64,000 nucleotides of DNA from the sequence record PZ445437.1, one strand, 5' to 3'. The position numbers were made by a program, and so were the translations under genes. This DNA is from a phage. Below the pieces are notes generated by a model. It was not told where the DNA came from. It ran no database searches and was given only the letters and a program-made list of their open reading frames with translations. Shown here in pieces: positions 28,454 to 38,188 of the stretch (position 1 is the first letter of the stretch; every line of letters begins with the position of its first letter).

Positions 28454-28815
28454 TACAAACTCTCGGTAAAGGTACGAGCGATAACGTCGCGCTGCTGTTC
28501 CGGAGTCAGAGAGTTAAAGCGAACTGCATAACCGGATACACGGATGGTCAGCTGCGGATATTTTTCCGGATGCTTAACTGCATCTTCCAGAGTTTCGCGA
28601 CGCAGAACGTTAACGTTCAGGTGTTGACCACCTTCAATTTTAACTGTAGGCTGTTGCTCAATTTCAATTTCACGGGCATGCAAACCGTAGAAAATTTCTG
28701 GGTCTACAAAAGAGTCCTCTTTAAAGGTTTTGGAGACAATAATTCGTGCTTGAATACCATCTTCAAAATAAATAGTACCTTTATGTGTGCCTTCAAGAAT
28801 TTGATATGCTTTCAT
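28453..28815 (-). CDS. GrcA/YfiD-like autonomous glycyl radical cofactor
   Basis: 120 aa; C-terminal RVSGYAVRF glycyl-radical motif in a small stand-alone protein. Confidence 0.75.
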   Translation of the reverse strand: MKAYQILEGTHKGTIYFEDGIQARIIVSKTFKEDSFVDPEIFYGLHAREIEIEQQPTVKIEGGQHLNVNVLRRETLEDAVKHPEKYPQLTIRVSGYAVRFNSLTPEQQRDVIARTFTESL

Positions 28816-28822
28816 ATAAACC

Positions 28823-29203
28823 TCAATTAGAAAATAAATTTATCCAAGATTGTTCTTTAATTAAAAATGGCTCAGAATCATATGCCATTAAACTTTGCGT
28901 AATTAATCCTTTAAAAGGTCCATCAATAAATTCCATGGTAAAATATGGAATTTTATTCATTAGCCGTGCATTAGGAGCAGTGCACAAAACTCTGCATCCT
29001 TTGAATACGCCTTTTTGTAATTTGTATTGCTTAGGATAAAATTCACTTAAAATGTTATTTTTTGCCAAAATTTCAAAATGATTCACCAATTTATTTTTAA
29101 TAGTTTTTGGTGAAAAATAAAGATACTCGAAAAGTTGCGCATCTGTCATCATTGCATTCCGATTACGAAAAACTGCGGACGAGTAATACCACCAATGCAA
29201 CAT
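28823..29203 (-). CDS. hypothetical protein
   Basis: 126 aa ORF; start probably internal. Confidence 0.35.
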   Translation of the reverse strand: MLHWWYYSSAVFRNRNAMMTDAQLFEYLYFSPKTIKNKLVNHFEILAKNNILSEFYPKQYKLQKGVFKGCRVLCTAPNARLMNKIPYFTMEFIDGPFKGLITQSLMAYDSEPFLIKEQSWINLFSN

Positions 29204-29736
29204 TTACTATTACAGCAGTAGTGTACAGTGTCAATATGGACACTATAAATCTTATCCATATCAGGAGATTTGACAGGCTCATCAATTATATACAAAATTC
29301 GCGAAAGCGATAAACCTCTGAACTTGCTTCCTTTATTACCAATAAAACTGCGCACAGAATCAGTAAATAAACGAAAACGTATATCATCATTAGAATAACG
29401 CGAAAATTCCTTTTTAATGTTATTTGCAGAAATTTTAGCGTAAGCTGAAGTATTAGAAAGAACAATAACTGTTCCGCCATCATACAGCCAATTAGCAGCA
29501 AAGTTAGTCACAGCAATTGATTTACCAGATTGACGTCCACCGTCTAGTCGAAGTGTGCAGTACTGTTTAAGTAATTCTTCAAATGGCGGGATATATTCGT
29601 TTTTACAAATTTCTTCTACTCTAGCATCAGAATGGTGTGTAAAAGCATTCATCAGGGATAGATAAGGACCAGTTAAAAATGTTCTCATTTTCTTCTCTCT
29701 AAGTTTGGGCCATTCCATGGCGCATGAATTGTCCAT
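29149..29736 (-). CDS. P-loop NTPase-like protein
   Basis: 195 aa; Walker A-like GGRQSGKS and Walker B-like LYIIDEP. Confidence 0.45.
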   Translation of the reverse strand: MDNSCAMEWPKLREKKMRTFLTGPYLSLMNAFTHHSDARVEEICKNEYIPPFEELLKQYCTLRLDGGRQSGKSIAVTNFAANWLYDGGTVIVLSNTSAYAKISANNIKKEFSRYSNDDIRFRLFTDSVRSFIGNKGSKFRGLSLSRILYIIDEPVKSPDMDKIYSVHIDTVHYCCNSKCCIGGITRPQFFVIGMQ

Positions 29737-29829
29737 TTCTGTATTTACCCATTACCGCACTTGGGCTCGACCTTATTACAGGTTGGCGGGAATCCCTCAC
29801 AGAATCATGAGGTCCAGGTTGTTCCCATA

Positions 29830-30303
29830 TTATTTGAACGATTTAACGTACTGAATAGAACCTTTACTATTCACAAAGGCAATTTTACCATTTTTGTTAT
29901 ACATGGTAGCAGTACGTTGATAGCCATAAGTTTGTTTACCAGATTGATAACCAACTAATGCAAAATTATCTTCACCCATTTTATTCTGTTTAGCGCGAAT
30001 GCGTTCATGGCCATGTGCCATAAGAACCTTAGCATCACCTGTTGCAATGGATCGACGAGTTTTTTCATCTTCAACTGTATTAACAAAGTCGTCAAATGAA
30101 TCAAATTTAGCATGAGATTTATTATACAGTTTTCCATCTACTGCATAATTATATCCTTGTACATCCATCTCAACTTCTGTACCATCATCCAGTACAGCAG
30201 TGATTTTCTGTCCTTTTTTAAATTTCAAAAGATCAGTAAAAGATTCAGCAATAATTTGAGAATTAATAGTTGCTTCAGTAATAAATTCTTGATATGTTTT
30301 CAT
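29830..30303 (-). CDS. internal-protein-like protein with prohead-protease capsid-targeting sequence
   Basis: 157 aa; starts MKTYQEFITEA, the conserved capsid-targeting N-terminus of T-even internal proteins. Confidence 0.6.
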   Translation of the reverse strand: MKTYQEFITEATINSQIIAESFTDLLKFKKGQKITAVLDDGTEVEMDVQGYNYAVDGKLYNKSHAKFDSFDDFVNTVEDEKTRRSIATGDAKVLMAHGHERIRAKQNKMGEDNFALVGYQSGKQTYGYQRTATMYNKNGKIAFVNSKGSIQYVKSFK

Positions 30304-30363
30304 GTGTATCCTTTAAATGTAAATATTTTAATTAATAATTTGGCTCTTCAAGTAACTGTGAAT

Positions 30364-30393
30364 ATACTATCACAATTCTAGGAGAAAGTAAAC
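30364..30393 (-). promoter_or_regulatory. T4-type early promoter (-35 GTTTAC, -10 TGATAGTAT)
   Basis: Minus-strand GTTTAC at 30388-30393 and TAGTAT at 30364-30369. Confidence 0.5.
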
Positions 30394-30397
30394 AACT

Positions 30398-31366
<969 letters not shown>

Positions 31367-31385
<19 letters not shown>

Positions 31386-31855
31386 TCAGTGATAAAGTTA
31401 TTTAAATTTTGAGTGTATTTCTTTTCATCAAAAATCTTTTGCTGTCTGCGTAGCCGCCATGGCATTTCAATGAACACGCACCATATCCCAGATAATATTG
31501 CTGCTGTAAAAATATTAACAAGTATGGTTAAAAGAATCCAATCTCCTATTCTGTCCATTGGATTTTTTATAAAAAAGTAAAATACGAATGATGTCACAGG
31601 AAGACTAATAATATACCACAGAATCATAATTTTATCTGTGAACCAATCAGCGTTCGTTAACTTAGCACGACCATTATGAATACACACGAATTTATCATCT
31701 GTTATAATAGATGGCTTAGCTGCTTGATATCCCATTCTAAACTCCCTAATCAACAAATTTTTCATATCTTCGGAACAACCATTCCAGTCAACTCTATCAA
31801 CTGAAATGCCATCATCCCCATCATCTAAATCATACCAGCGAGTTTTTAAAATCAT
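31367..31855 (-). CDS. membrane protein
   Basis: 162 aa with two adjacent TM segments. Confidence 0.4.
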
Positions 31856-32214
31856 TTAATTTTCCTACAATCACTCACAAACTCTTCCATTGATTCTTTT
31901 TCAATATAAGACATATAGCTATTATATTCCTTTAATTGTATTTTGTAATCCTTTTTTCTTTGCCAATTTATTTTAAAATTATCATAATGAAAATATAACA
32001 TTGTACCAAAGAATGAAAATAATGAAATAATTTTAGTATAGCGAAGTTCACTCCAAACTTCTATTATATTTACTGTGCCGTCGATGTTTAAAATAAGACA
32101 GTCAATTAACAATCCAAAAAGACTACCCGCAAGAGCTGCAGCCAACGCCACAGCAAAAATTAAAAATGACTCAGGAAGCGAATATTTGACTTTATTTAGT
32201 TTTGGCTTTTGCAT
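31852..32214 (-). CDS. membrane protein
   Basis: 120 aa with two TM segments. Confidence 0.4.
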   Translation of the reverse strand: MQKPKLNKVKYSLPESFLIFAVALAAALAGSLFGLLIDCLILNIDGTVNIIEVWSELRYTKIISLFSFFGTMLYFHYDNFKINWQRKKDYKIQLKEYNSYMSYIEKESMEEFVSDCRKIK

Positions 32215-32609
32215 CGTGATTCCTTAACAAATTTCATAATTTCATCAAATTCATACGCAGCAAGTTTAAGCTGGTGTTCCTTTTTAATCTTTTTACACTG
32301 TGCTTTCCATTCGCGTACGCGTTTACGATAATGTCTTCCTTGATACCAGTATCCTACCCAATTTACAGGTACTAATAAAAATGGAACTACTAATGGAAGA
32401 ATTAATACTAACAGAAATATTACGCCAGATTCAATATCAGTCATAACGTCTATAATCATTCCAACAATCAATAGAATTACAAATGATATAGCTGTCACAG
32501 GACCTATTAATACATCAGTAGAAATTAGCTGGCGCTTTAATTCATACTTTAAGGGTTTACTTGGAAGATACATTGATGGCTTTGACATATTCTCTACATT
32601 CCTTAACAA
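32196..32609 (-). CDS. membrane protein
   Basis: 137 aa with two TM segments. Confidence 0.4.
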   Translation of the reverse strand: MLRNVENMSKPSMYLPSKPLKYELKRQLISTDVLIGPVTAISFVILLIVGMIIDVMTDIESGVIFLLVLILPLVVPFLLVPVNWVGYWYQGRHYRKRVREWKAQCKKIKKEHQLKLAAYEFDEIMKFVKESRCKSQN

Positions 32610-33162
32610 ATTTTTCTAGTAATAAATCGCTTTCAAAACTAGGATTTTCCACGAATTTATCAAAAAGATCATCAACAATAGTTAAGATATTCTTTTTACT
32701 AAGAATACGCTTATTTTCATGCTTCGTTTCAGAATCAACTATAAGAGTAAAGAAATATTTCTTGCCCTGAAATTTTACAGTAGTATCAATATAGAATAAA
32801 TTTGACTTTTGTAAATTACGTTTAAACCATGCATCACTTAAACTATAAACGCCAAGATAATCATAATCGTCGTTTAAATAACAGACCGTCCATTCAGGAG
32901 AAACAAAATCAGTAAATTCAACGTCAAAATCGCATGTTAATAAATGAATTGATTCAATACTGTTAATAAGTATTCCAGGACGTATTAAAGACTTTTTACC
33001 TTTATAAAATCCAGAAAGACTTTCATCAGTTTCATATGAAGAACCCCAATAATAATTACGTCCTTCTGCCATACGTTTAAGAGCATTTAATAATTGGTCT
33101 GGAACATCAACCTGTCTTTGGAACTCTTCAAACATTGAATTGAAATCACTTTGCATTTTCAT
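32557..33162 (-). CDS. hypothetical protein
   Basis: 201 aa ORF followed by hairpin GGGGCCGAAGCCCC (33182-33195). Confidence 0.45.
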   Translation of the reverse strand: MKMQSDFNSMFEEFQRQVDVPDQLLNALKRMAEGRNYYWGSSYETDESLSGFYKGKKSLIRPGILINSIESIHLLTCDFDVEFTDFVSPEWTVCYLNDDYDYLGVYSLSDAWFKRNLQKSNLFYIDTTVKFQGKKYFFTLIVDSETKHENKRILSKKNILTIVDDLFDKFVENPSFESDLLLEKFVKECREYVKAINVSSK

Positions 33163-33203
33163 TCCTACTTACTCCAAGTAATAGGGGCCGAAGCCCCTTA
33201 TCA

Positions 33204-33797
33204 TTATTTCAGAGAATTAATGTATTCCTGAACATCGGCAGAGGTAGTTTCAACCCCAGAAATATTGCCATTAAAGGTTTCAACTCGAGCAAGAGTATCT
33301 TCAATATCAACCTTAGTCAGTGCTGCAATTTCAACTACATCATCAGCAGTACTAATTCCGAGGGCATTCGCGGCGCGAGTTTCACGGATATATTCCAATT
33401 TAACTGCAAGTTCTTGGCGAGCATCATCTAACTCAACTACTTTCTTGGCAATTTCAATTCGCATTTCAGCATAACCATCAGCTTTAGTAGTCAACTGCTC
33501 AGCTGTTCGACGATATAGTAAACCGAGTTTAGCATGCATTGTTACATCTTGACCTTCAGAAAGAAGCTTGCGAATTTCACGCTCTTTTGATTCGGCCTGC
33601 TTATTCTTTTCGACAATAAGTTCACGAATACGCTTTTCTTCATTAATAGATTTAACAGAAGCAGTTTTTAGATCTTTAATCTTATCAAGTAGTTTTGCTG
33701 CCGCAGCAGTATACTGTTCTTCAACAGATAGATTTTTAGCCATAGCAGAACCAAGTTTAGTGCGAATAAACTCAACAATTTTCTTCAGCATGTTCAT
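33204..33797 (-). CDS. coiled-coil protein (possibly PspA/IM30-like)
   Basis: 197 aa, predominantly heptad-like charged helices; PspA-like assignment is a guess from composition. Confidence 0.4.
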   Translation of the reverse strand: MNMLKKIVEFIRTKLGSAMAKNLSVEEQYTAAAAKLLDKIKDLKTASVKSINEEKRIRELIVEKNKQAESKEREIRKLLSEGQDVTMHAKLGLLYRRTAEQLTTKADGYAEMRIEIAKKVVELDDARQELAVKLEYIRETRAANALGISTADDVVEIAALTKVDIEDTLARVETFNGNISGVETTSADVQEYINSLK

Positions 33798-33841
33798 AGC
33801 ATTTCCTTTAGTTAATTAAGGGTTTTATAATCCGTGGGAGT

Positions 33842-33871
33842 ATTATACTCTACTCCCAAGAGTTTGTAAAC
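33842..33871 (-). promoter_or_regulatory. T4-type early promoter (-35 GTTTAC, -10 TATAAT)
   Basis: Minus-strand GTTTAC at 33866-33871 and TATAAT at 33842-33847. Confidence 0.55.
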
Positions 33872-34204
33872 TTATTCTTCGTCCAATTCATCAATAAATT
33901 TATCGATACTACTATTAATAGACTCATCGATGATTAACAAAGCATCATCATCTATAATATTAATATTTTCTAAAGCATCAATATAAGCTTGATTGACTAT
34001 AGACCATGCCCTTTGAAAATATGGGGCTTCATCATCAGGACTGAACCAACGTACACCTTCAAAGATACGTTTAGCATAATCCAACACCCATTGTACAGGC
34101 ATGTTTTGAGAGCGTTCATTAAACTCTTCAAAGTCCTTAGATTCAAAAAGCTCTTCAGGATAATAATTTCTATTACAAAAAGCTTTACTAAAGTTACGTT
34201 TCAT
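33872..34204 (-). CDS. hypothetical acidic protein
   Basis: 110 aa; RBS GAGGAGAA before the ATG. Confidence 0.45.
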   Translation of the reverse strand: MKRNFSKAFCNRNYYPEELFESKDFEEFNERSQNMPVQWVLDYAKRIFEGVRWFSPDDEAPYFQRAWSIVNQAYIDALENINIIDDDALLIIDESINSSIDKFIDELDEE

Positions 34205-34230
34205 AATGTTCTCCTCAAAGTTATAGGCTC

Positions 34231-34260
34231 ATAATATCTCAATCATGAGCCTGTGTAAAC
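34231..34260 (-). promoter_or_regulatory. T4-type early promoter (-35 GTTTAC, -10 TATTAT)
   Basis: Minus-strand GTTTAC at 34255-34260 and TATTAT at 34231-34236. Confidence 0.5.
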
Positions 34261-34524
34261 TTATTTCATATTATTGAAATATTCTTCTGCGATTTCGTCG
34301 TTATCATGGTAAACTTTAGAAGACAGTTTAACATAACTTTCAGCAGTGAACATGTTAATCACAACCTTTACAGTATACCACTGACCATCTTCATTACCCA
34401 TTACTGCGTAAGTTTCAAACATCGGATGATCAGGACCGATAACTTTAATATCATTCACTGTACGACCAAAATCTTCTGAAACACATTTCATAAAGAAGTT
34501 GAACAGTTCGCCGTAATTATCCAT
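34261..34524 (-). CDS. hypothetical protein
   Basis: Start moved to MDNYGELF (ATG 34524, RBS GGAGAA) because the longer ORF overlaps the promoter. Confidence 0.4.
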   Translation of the reverse strand: MDNYGELFNFFMKCVSEDFGRTVNDIKVIGPDHPMFETYAVMGNEDGQWYTVKVVINMFTAESYVKLSSKVYHDNDEIAEEYFNNMK

Positions 34525-34567
34525 TTCATTCTCCAAGTTGTTTTCTGTATCAGTAGTTGATAGTTGT

Positions 34568-34597
34568 ATAGTACCATGGAAGGACAAGGATGTAAAC
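34568..34597 (-). promoter_or_regulatory. T4-type early promoter (-35 GTTTAC, -10 TGGTACTAT)
   Basis: Minus-strand GTTTAC at 34592-34597 and TACTAT at 34568-34573. Confidence 0.55.
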
Positions 34598-34739
34598 CGT
34601 TTTGTGAAAAAATTTTTAAAAAGTTTTGGGGAATTCTAGGGCAGGGAGGGGAAATCAAAGGATAGGATAATATATTATAAAGGGTAGAAACTAAATGATG
34701 TCTAGAGAGGCCTGGAAAGGCCTAGATACCAAAAAGCCC

Positions 34740-34763
34740 CAACCTTTCGGCTAGGGCTAAGAA
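34740..34763 (-). terminator. rho-independent terminator (hairpin AGCCCTAGCCGAAAGGTTGGGGCT followed by TTTTT on the minus strand)
   Basis: Inverted repeat with GAAA loop and U-tract immediately 3' of the 34766 ORF. Confidence 0.6.
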
Positions 34764-34765
34764 TG

Positions 34766-35239
34766 TTATTTGATTTGTTTAGCAGACCAAATGCGGTCTT
34801 TAATAATTTTTTGGATGTCTTCAACATACTCAAGAGAGTGAGCATGTGGGTTATCTTTGAAACTATAAGCACGAGCTAGCTTTTGGCCTTCAGTTTTGAT
34901 TACTAAAAGCTCTTTAAGGATAGCTTCATATTTGGAGATAATTCCTTTAACGATATTTTTCTCTTGCGTGACTTTAGGATCTGCTTTAGGAGCAGGTTTA
35001 CCTGAAGCCTTTGCAAAAGCAGCTCCAGTAGCAACTAAACTTTTCCAAGCCATACTAACTGCATTCCCTGTAAATCCTTCGGCTTTCATATCACGAGCAA
35101 ATTGGAATCGTGATTCATCGGAAGCATCTTTATAGGAATATTTACCCGCGGCAATGGCTGCTTTTGCGACAGCTTGAATTTCGGTGCTAGATGCTTCATT
35201 TAACACCGCTTCATTTAAAAATTGAGCATATGATTTCAT
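34766..35239 (-). CDS. internal-protein-like protein with divergent capsid-targeting sequence
   Basis: 157 aa; N-terminus MKSYAQFLNEA resembles the MKTYQEFIAEA motif; Ala/Lys-rich. Confidence 0.5.
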   Translation of the reverse strand: MKSYAQFLNEAVLNEASSTEIQAVAKAAIAAGKYSYKDASDESRFQFARDMKAEGFTGNAVSMAWKSLVATGAAFAKASGKPAPKADPKVTQEKNIVKGIISKYEAILKELLVIKTEGQKLARAYSFKDNPHAHSLEYVEDIQKIIKDRIWSAKQIK

Positions 35240-35288
35240 CTTATTTCCTGTTTTAATTTGTGGTTTTAATATACTTATTTATACTAAA

Positions 35289-35312
35289 AAGCCCCAACCT
35301 TTCGGCTGGGGC
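35289..35312 (-). terminator. rho-independent terminator (near-identical copy of the 34740 hairpin)
   Basis: AGCCCCAGCCGAAAGGTTGGGGCT followed by TTTTT on the minus strand. Confidence 0.6.
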
Positions 35313-35620
35313 TAAGCCTTGCGGCAACCTTGTCGGGGTTCCACCTGCTAAGGCAAGTGTTTGTACGAAACGCCGGGATTCGAACCCGGTTATCAAGCAG
35401 TTGACGCTACTCAATATTTTTAAAAGGCCATATCTCGACCATATCCGAACGTTCCGTCAAAAACGCTACTCGGCTTACGGCAAAGATATTTCCTCGAATC
35501 GATAATTCGGTGCGCCGTTTCTGCTGTGATATAAGGGGACATTAACAAAACATAAAGATTTATTAATGCCAGTCCTTAAACAGGGAACATCAGTCCGACG
35601 ACTTACCGGTAGCGACCCGG
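35313..35620 (-). ncRNA. candidate small stable RNA(s) with a tRNA-like T-arm
   Basis: Non-coding 300-nt stretch between a minus-strand ORF and a terminator; contains CCGGGTTCGAATCCCGG on the minus strand; no complete cloverleaf found. Confidence 0.35.
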
Positions 35621-35624
35621 TTTC

Positions 35625-35975
35625 TTAATATTCTTTTAAAGCATCAATCTGTTCACGGCGTTTACGCCATAAATCAATTGCTTCATACACAGATTCAGCA
35701 TTTCGAATTAGCCGGCATTTATGTAAAGACTTATGATTTTGATATTGTGTAGATAATGGAATTGTATCTAAAAGGTCTTTACGATCAAAGTATTCGTAAC
35801 CATCTAAACCAAATGAACGATTTTTGAGAAATTGCCAATGGCCAAATTCATTTTCAACATAAACATAATCTGCATGCTGATAAAGTAAATTAATTACACG
35901 TTCAGAAATAGCAGTATCATTATGATTAAAATAGAATGTTAAATCATGAACTACTAAATAAACATTACCTTTCAT
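35625..35975 (-). CDS. hypothetical protein
   Basis: 116 aa ORF immediately downstream of tRNA-Arg. Confidence 0.4.
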   Translation of the reverse strand: MKGNVYLVVHDLTFYFNHNDTAISERVINLLYQHADYVYVENEFGHWQFLKNRSFGLDGYEYFDRKDLLDTIPLSTQYQNHKSLHKCRLIRNAESVYEAIDLWRKRREQIDALKEY

Positions 35976-35993
35976 ATTTTCCTCACTTATAAT

Positions 35994-36069
35994 TGGTCGA
36001 GGCAGTAGGGATCGAACCTACGACCTAGGACTTAGAAGGTCCTTGCTCTTCCTTCTGAGCTATGCCCCG
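35994..36069 (-). tRNA. tRNA-Arg (anticodon UCU)
   Basis: Cloverleaf folded by hand: acceptor CGGGGCA/TGCCTCG, anticodon loop CUUCUAA, T-arm GGTTCGATCC, encoded CCA. Confidence 0.8.
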
Positions 36070-36073
36070 TAAT

Positions 36074-36149
36074 TGGGGTGACCGATGGGAGTCGAACCCA
36101 TGACTACGAGAATCACAATCTCGAGTTCTACCAACTGAACTACGGCCAC
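36074..36149 (-). tRNA. tRNA-His (anticodon GUG)
   Basis: Acceptor GTGGCCG/CGGTCAC, anticodon loop TTGTGAT, discriminator C, encoded CCA. Confidence 0.65.
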
Positions 36150-36263
36150 ATTAATACCTACTCCAACAATCAAGATGTCTTCACACGAAATTAAGAGAAG
36201 AGTGATCAGTTCAACCCCTATAATCGCGTCAAGTAGATATTAATGTGACAGTTGTCACAAATT

Positions 36264-36338
36264 TGGCGGACGTGATAGGATTCGAACCTATAACCAATCG
36301 CTTAACAGGCGATCGCTCTGCCATTGAGCTACACATCC
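36264..36338 (-). tRNA. tRNA-Asn (anticodon GUU)
   Basis: Acceptor GGATGTG/CACGTCC, D-arm GCTC/GAGC, anticodon loop CTGTTAA, encoded CCA. Confidence 0.7.
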
Positions 36339-36342
36339 AAAT

Positions 36343-36429
36343 TGGTGGGGAGTGATGGAGTCGAACCACCCGAGTCGCAATGACAATGGATTTACAGTCC
36401 ACACCGCTACCTCTACGGGATAACTCCCC
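36343..36429 (-). tRNA. tRNA-Tyr (anticodon GUA), class II with long variable arm
   Basis: Acceptor GGGGAGT/ACTCCCC, anticodon loop CTGTAAA, 15-nt variable arm, encoded CCA. Confidence 0.65.
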
Positions 36430-36438
36430 AAATTAATT

Positions 36439-36513
36439 TGGTGGCCCTGGGTGGAATTGAACCACCATCTGGCGATTATGAGTCGCTTGCTTGAACCTTC
36501 CAGCTACAGGGCC
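36439..36513 (-). tRNA. tRNA with anticodon CAU (Ile via lysidine, as in T4, or Met)
   Basis: Acceptor GGCCCTG/CAGGGCC, anticodon loop CTCATAA, encoded CCA. Confidence 0.7.
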
Positions 36514-36514
36514 T

Positions 36515-36590
36515 TGGTGCTGATTGACGGAATCGAACCGCCGACCTTCTCATTACAAGTGAGTTGCTCTACCTACTGAGCTAAATCAGC
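36515..36590 (-). tRNA. tRNA-Thr (anticodon UGU)
   Basis: Acceptor GCTGATT/AATCAGC, anticodon loop CTTGTAA, encoded CCA. Confidence 0.8.
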
Positions 36591-36595
36591 AAAAC

Positions 36596-36685
36596 TGGCG
36601 GAGGCGATAGGATTTGAACCTATGAGTCGCCGGAGCGACTGCCGGTTTTCAAGACCGGTGCATTAAACCACTCTGCCACGCCTCC
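36596..36685 (-). tRNA. tRNA-Ser (anticodon UGA), class II
   Basis: Acceptor GGAGGCG/CGCCTCC, anticodon stem-loop CCGGT-CTTGAAA-ACCGG, long variable arm, encoded CCA. Confidence 0.8.
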
Positions 36686-36691
36686 AAATAT

Positions 36692-37300
36692 TTATATATT
36701 GTTAATTTGATTTAGAATTCTTTTTGCTTGAGTATGACTTACGCCAATATGCTTAGCATATTTAGATAATTCACCACGCTTAGAAAAATCATATAATTTA
36801 GAAATTTCTATTCTTCTTTTTCTTTCATCCACAGAAACTTTTGCTTCGTTTGCTTTTGCTATTTTACGTTTAGCTTCTTGAGAATGAGTTTTACCAGCAA
36901 AGCCATTCTTCATTAATCCATTTGAAGACCATCCTTTTAATTTTCCGTTAGAATGTGCCTTTTTAACACCCAATGAAATTAATTCGCGTTGCTGGTCTGT
37001 CATAGGATAATTATTTATATGATCCCATCCACCTTCACCGCCAAGTTTTAAATTATACACATCTGGTCTATTTAAAAACTCTTCTGTAACAATATTTTTC
37101 TCGGCTTCAAGCATAGATTCTTTATCATCAAAATACTCTAATATTTCTTTAGAAAAATTTTCTATACCATACTTATCTTGGGCTCTTTTTAATAATTTAC
37201 CAGAACCCATATATCCATCATCTAAATTTTCGGTAGAATGCACACCAATATAAATTTTATTATTAATTTTATTTGTTATTTTATAAAGATAAAAATGCAT
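36692..37300 (-). CDS. segB: GIY-YIG homing endonuclease SegB-like, inside the tRNA cluster
   Basis: ORF 36692..37342; MHFYLYKITNKINNKIYIGVH GIY-YIG-type motif plus NUMOD-like C-terminus; start at the internal Met is preferred because the longer ORF abuts tRNA-Gly. Confidence 0.65.
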   Translation of the reverse strand: MHFYLYKITNKINNKIYIGVHSTENLDDGYMGSGKLLKRAQDKYGIENFSKEILEYFDDKESMLEAEKNIVTEEFLNRPDVYNLKLGGEGGWDHINNYPMTDQQRELISLGVKKAHSNGKLKGWSSNGLMKNGFAGKTHSQEAKRKIAKANEAKVSVDERKRRIEISKLYDFSKRGELSKYAKHIGVSHTQAKRILNQINNI

Positions 37301-37346
37301 ATCAGTCCCTAATAAAGAACTGAGCGTCTCACGACGAGTCATAAAT

Positions 37347-37420
<74 letters not shown>

Positions 37421-37425
37421 AAATT

Positions 37426-37512
37426 TGGTGCGAGAAGTGGGACTCGAACCCACAAGGAAATCATTCCGCAGCATTTTAAGTGCTGTGCCTTTACCAATTT
37501 GACCATTCTCGC
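37426..37512 (-). tRNA. tRNA-Leu (anticodon UAA), class II
   Basis: Acceptor GCGAGAA/TTCTCGC, anticodon stem-loop CAGCA-CTTAAAA-TGCTG, encoded CCA; 1 nt from tRNA-Gln. Confidence 0.8.
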
Positions 37513-37513
37513 G

Positions 37514-37586
37514 CTGGGAATAAAGGACTCGAACCTTTGCATCCTGGAATCAAAATCCAGTGCCTTACCAACTTGGCTAATTCCCA
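37514..37586 (-). tRNA. tRNA-Gln (anticodon UUG)
   Basis: Acceptor TGGGAAT/ATTCCCA, anticodon stem-loop CTGGA-TTTTGAT-TCCAG; CCA not encoded. Confidence 0.8.
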
Positions 37587-37672
37587 ATTATTAACAAAGG
37601 CTCTCAAGCAAGAACCCTTGATGATAGAGGGTATTAATCAGTGCGGTATGAGTTAATAATAACAAATAATTC

Positions 37673-38188
37673 TTAAAGCAAATTAAACATTTTAACAGTC
37701 GGCAAAACAATTTCTTTTTCTATATAAGAGTATTTAACACTCTCAACTACGCGCAGAAAATCATAATCATAATATTCAGAAGCACTGCCTAAAATATTAA
37801 TAAGTCCTTCAAGCACTTTATTACCATTCACAAAGAATAAGTCAAATACACGTTCTTCATCTTCTTCAGATTTATTACCAAGGTCAACTTCTATATCAAA
37901 GACCTTTTTAATGAATTCTGGATAAAGCTGGTCTGAGAACAGTCCTTCAACCAAGTATTCATAGATAAAAAGCGATTGCTCGCTGAACAAGCCATTACCA
38001 CAATAACGTTCAGCTTTAGTACTAGAATGTCTACTTTTAAACTTCTTTAAAAGATATTGAAATTGTAAGATTTCATGCTCTTCTACGCCAAACAGTGTTT
38101 TAGTTTTATAGTTGTCACCATCATTTTCCCAGGTAGTGACATCAATTACGTAACCCTGTGGAATTGTAGTACCTAAACAAATATTCAT
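37673..38188 (-). CDS. hypothetical protein
   Basis: 171 aa ORF upstream of the tRNA cluster. Confidence 0.45.
   Translation of the reverse strand: MNICLGTTIPQGYVIDVTTWENDGDNYKTKTLFGVEEHEILQFQYLLKKFKSRHSSTKAERYCGNGLFSEQSLFIYEYLVEGLFSDQLYPEFIKKVFDIEVDLGNKSEEDEERVFDLFFVNGNKVLEGLINILGSASEYYDYDFLRVVESVKYSYIEKEIVLPTVKMFNLL

Noticed and set aside
35260-35505. Plus-strand 81-aa ORF across the candidate ncRNA region
   Set aside because: It runs through two terminator hairpins and a tRNA-like T-arm and has no RBS; the non-coding interpretation is preferred.
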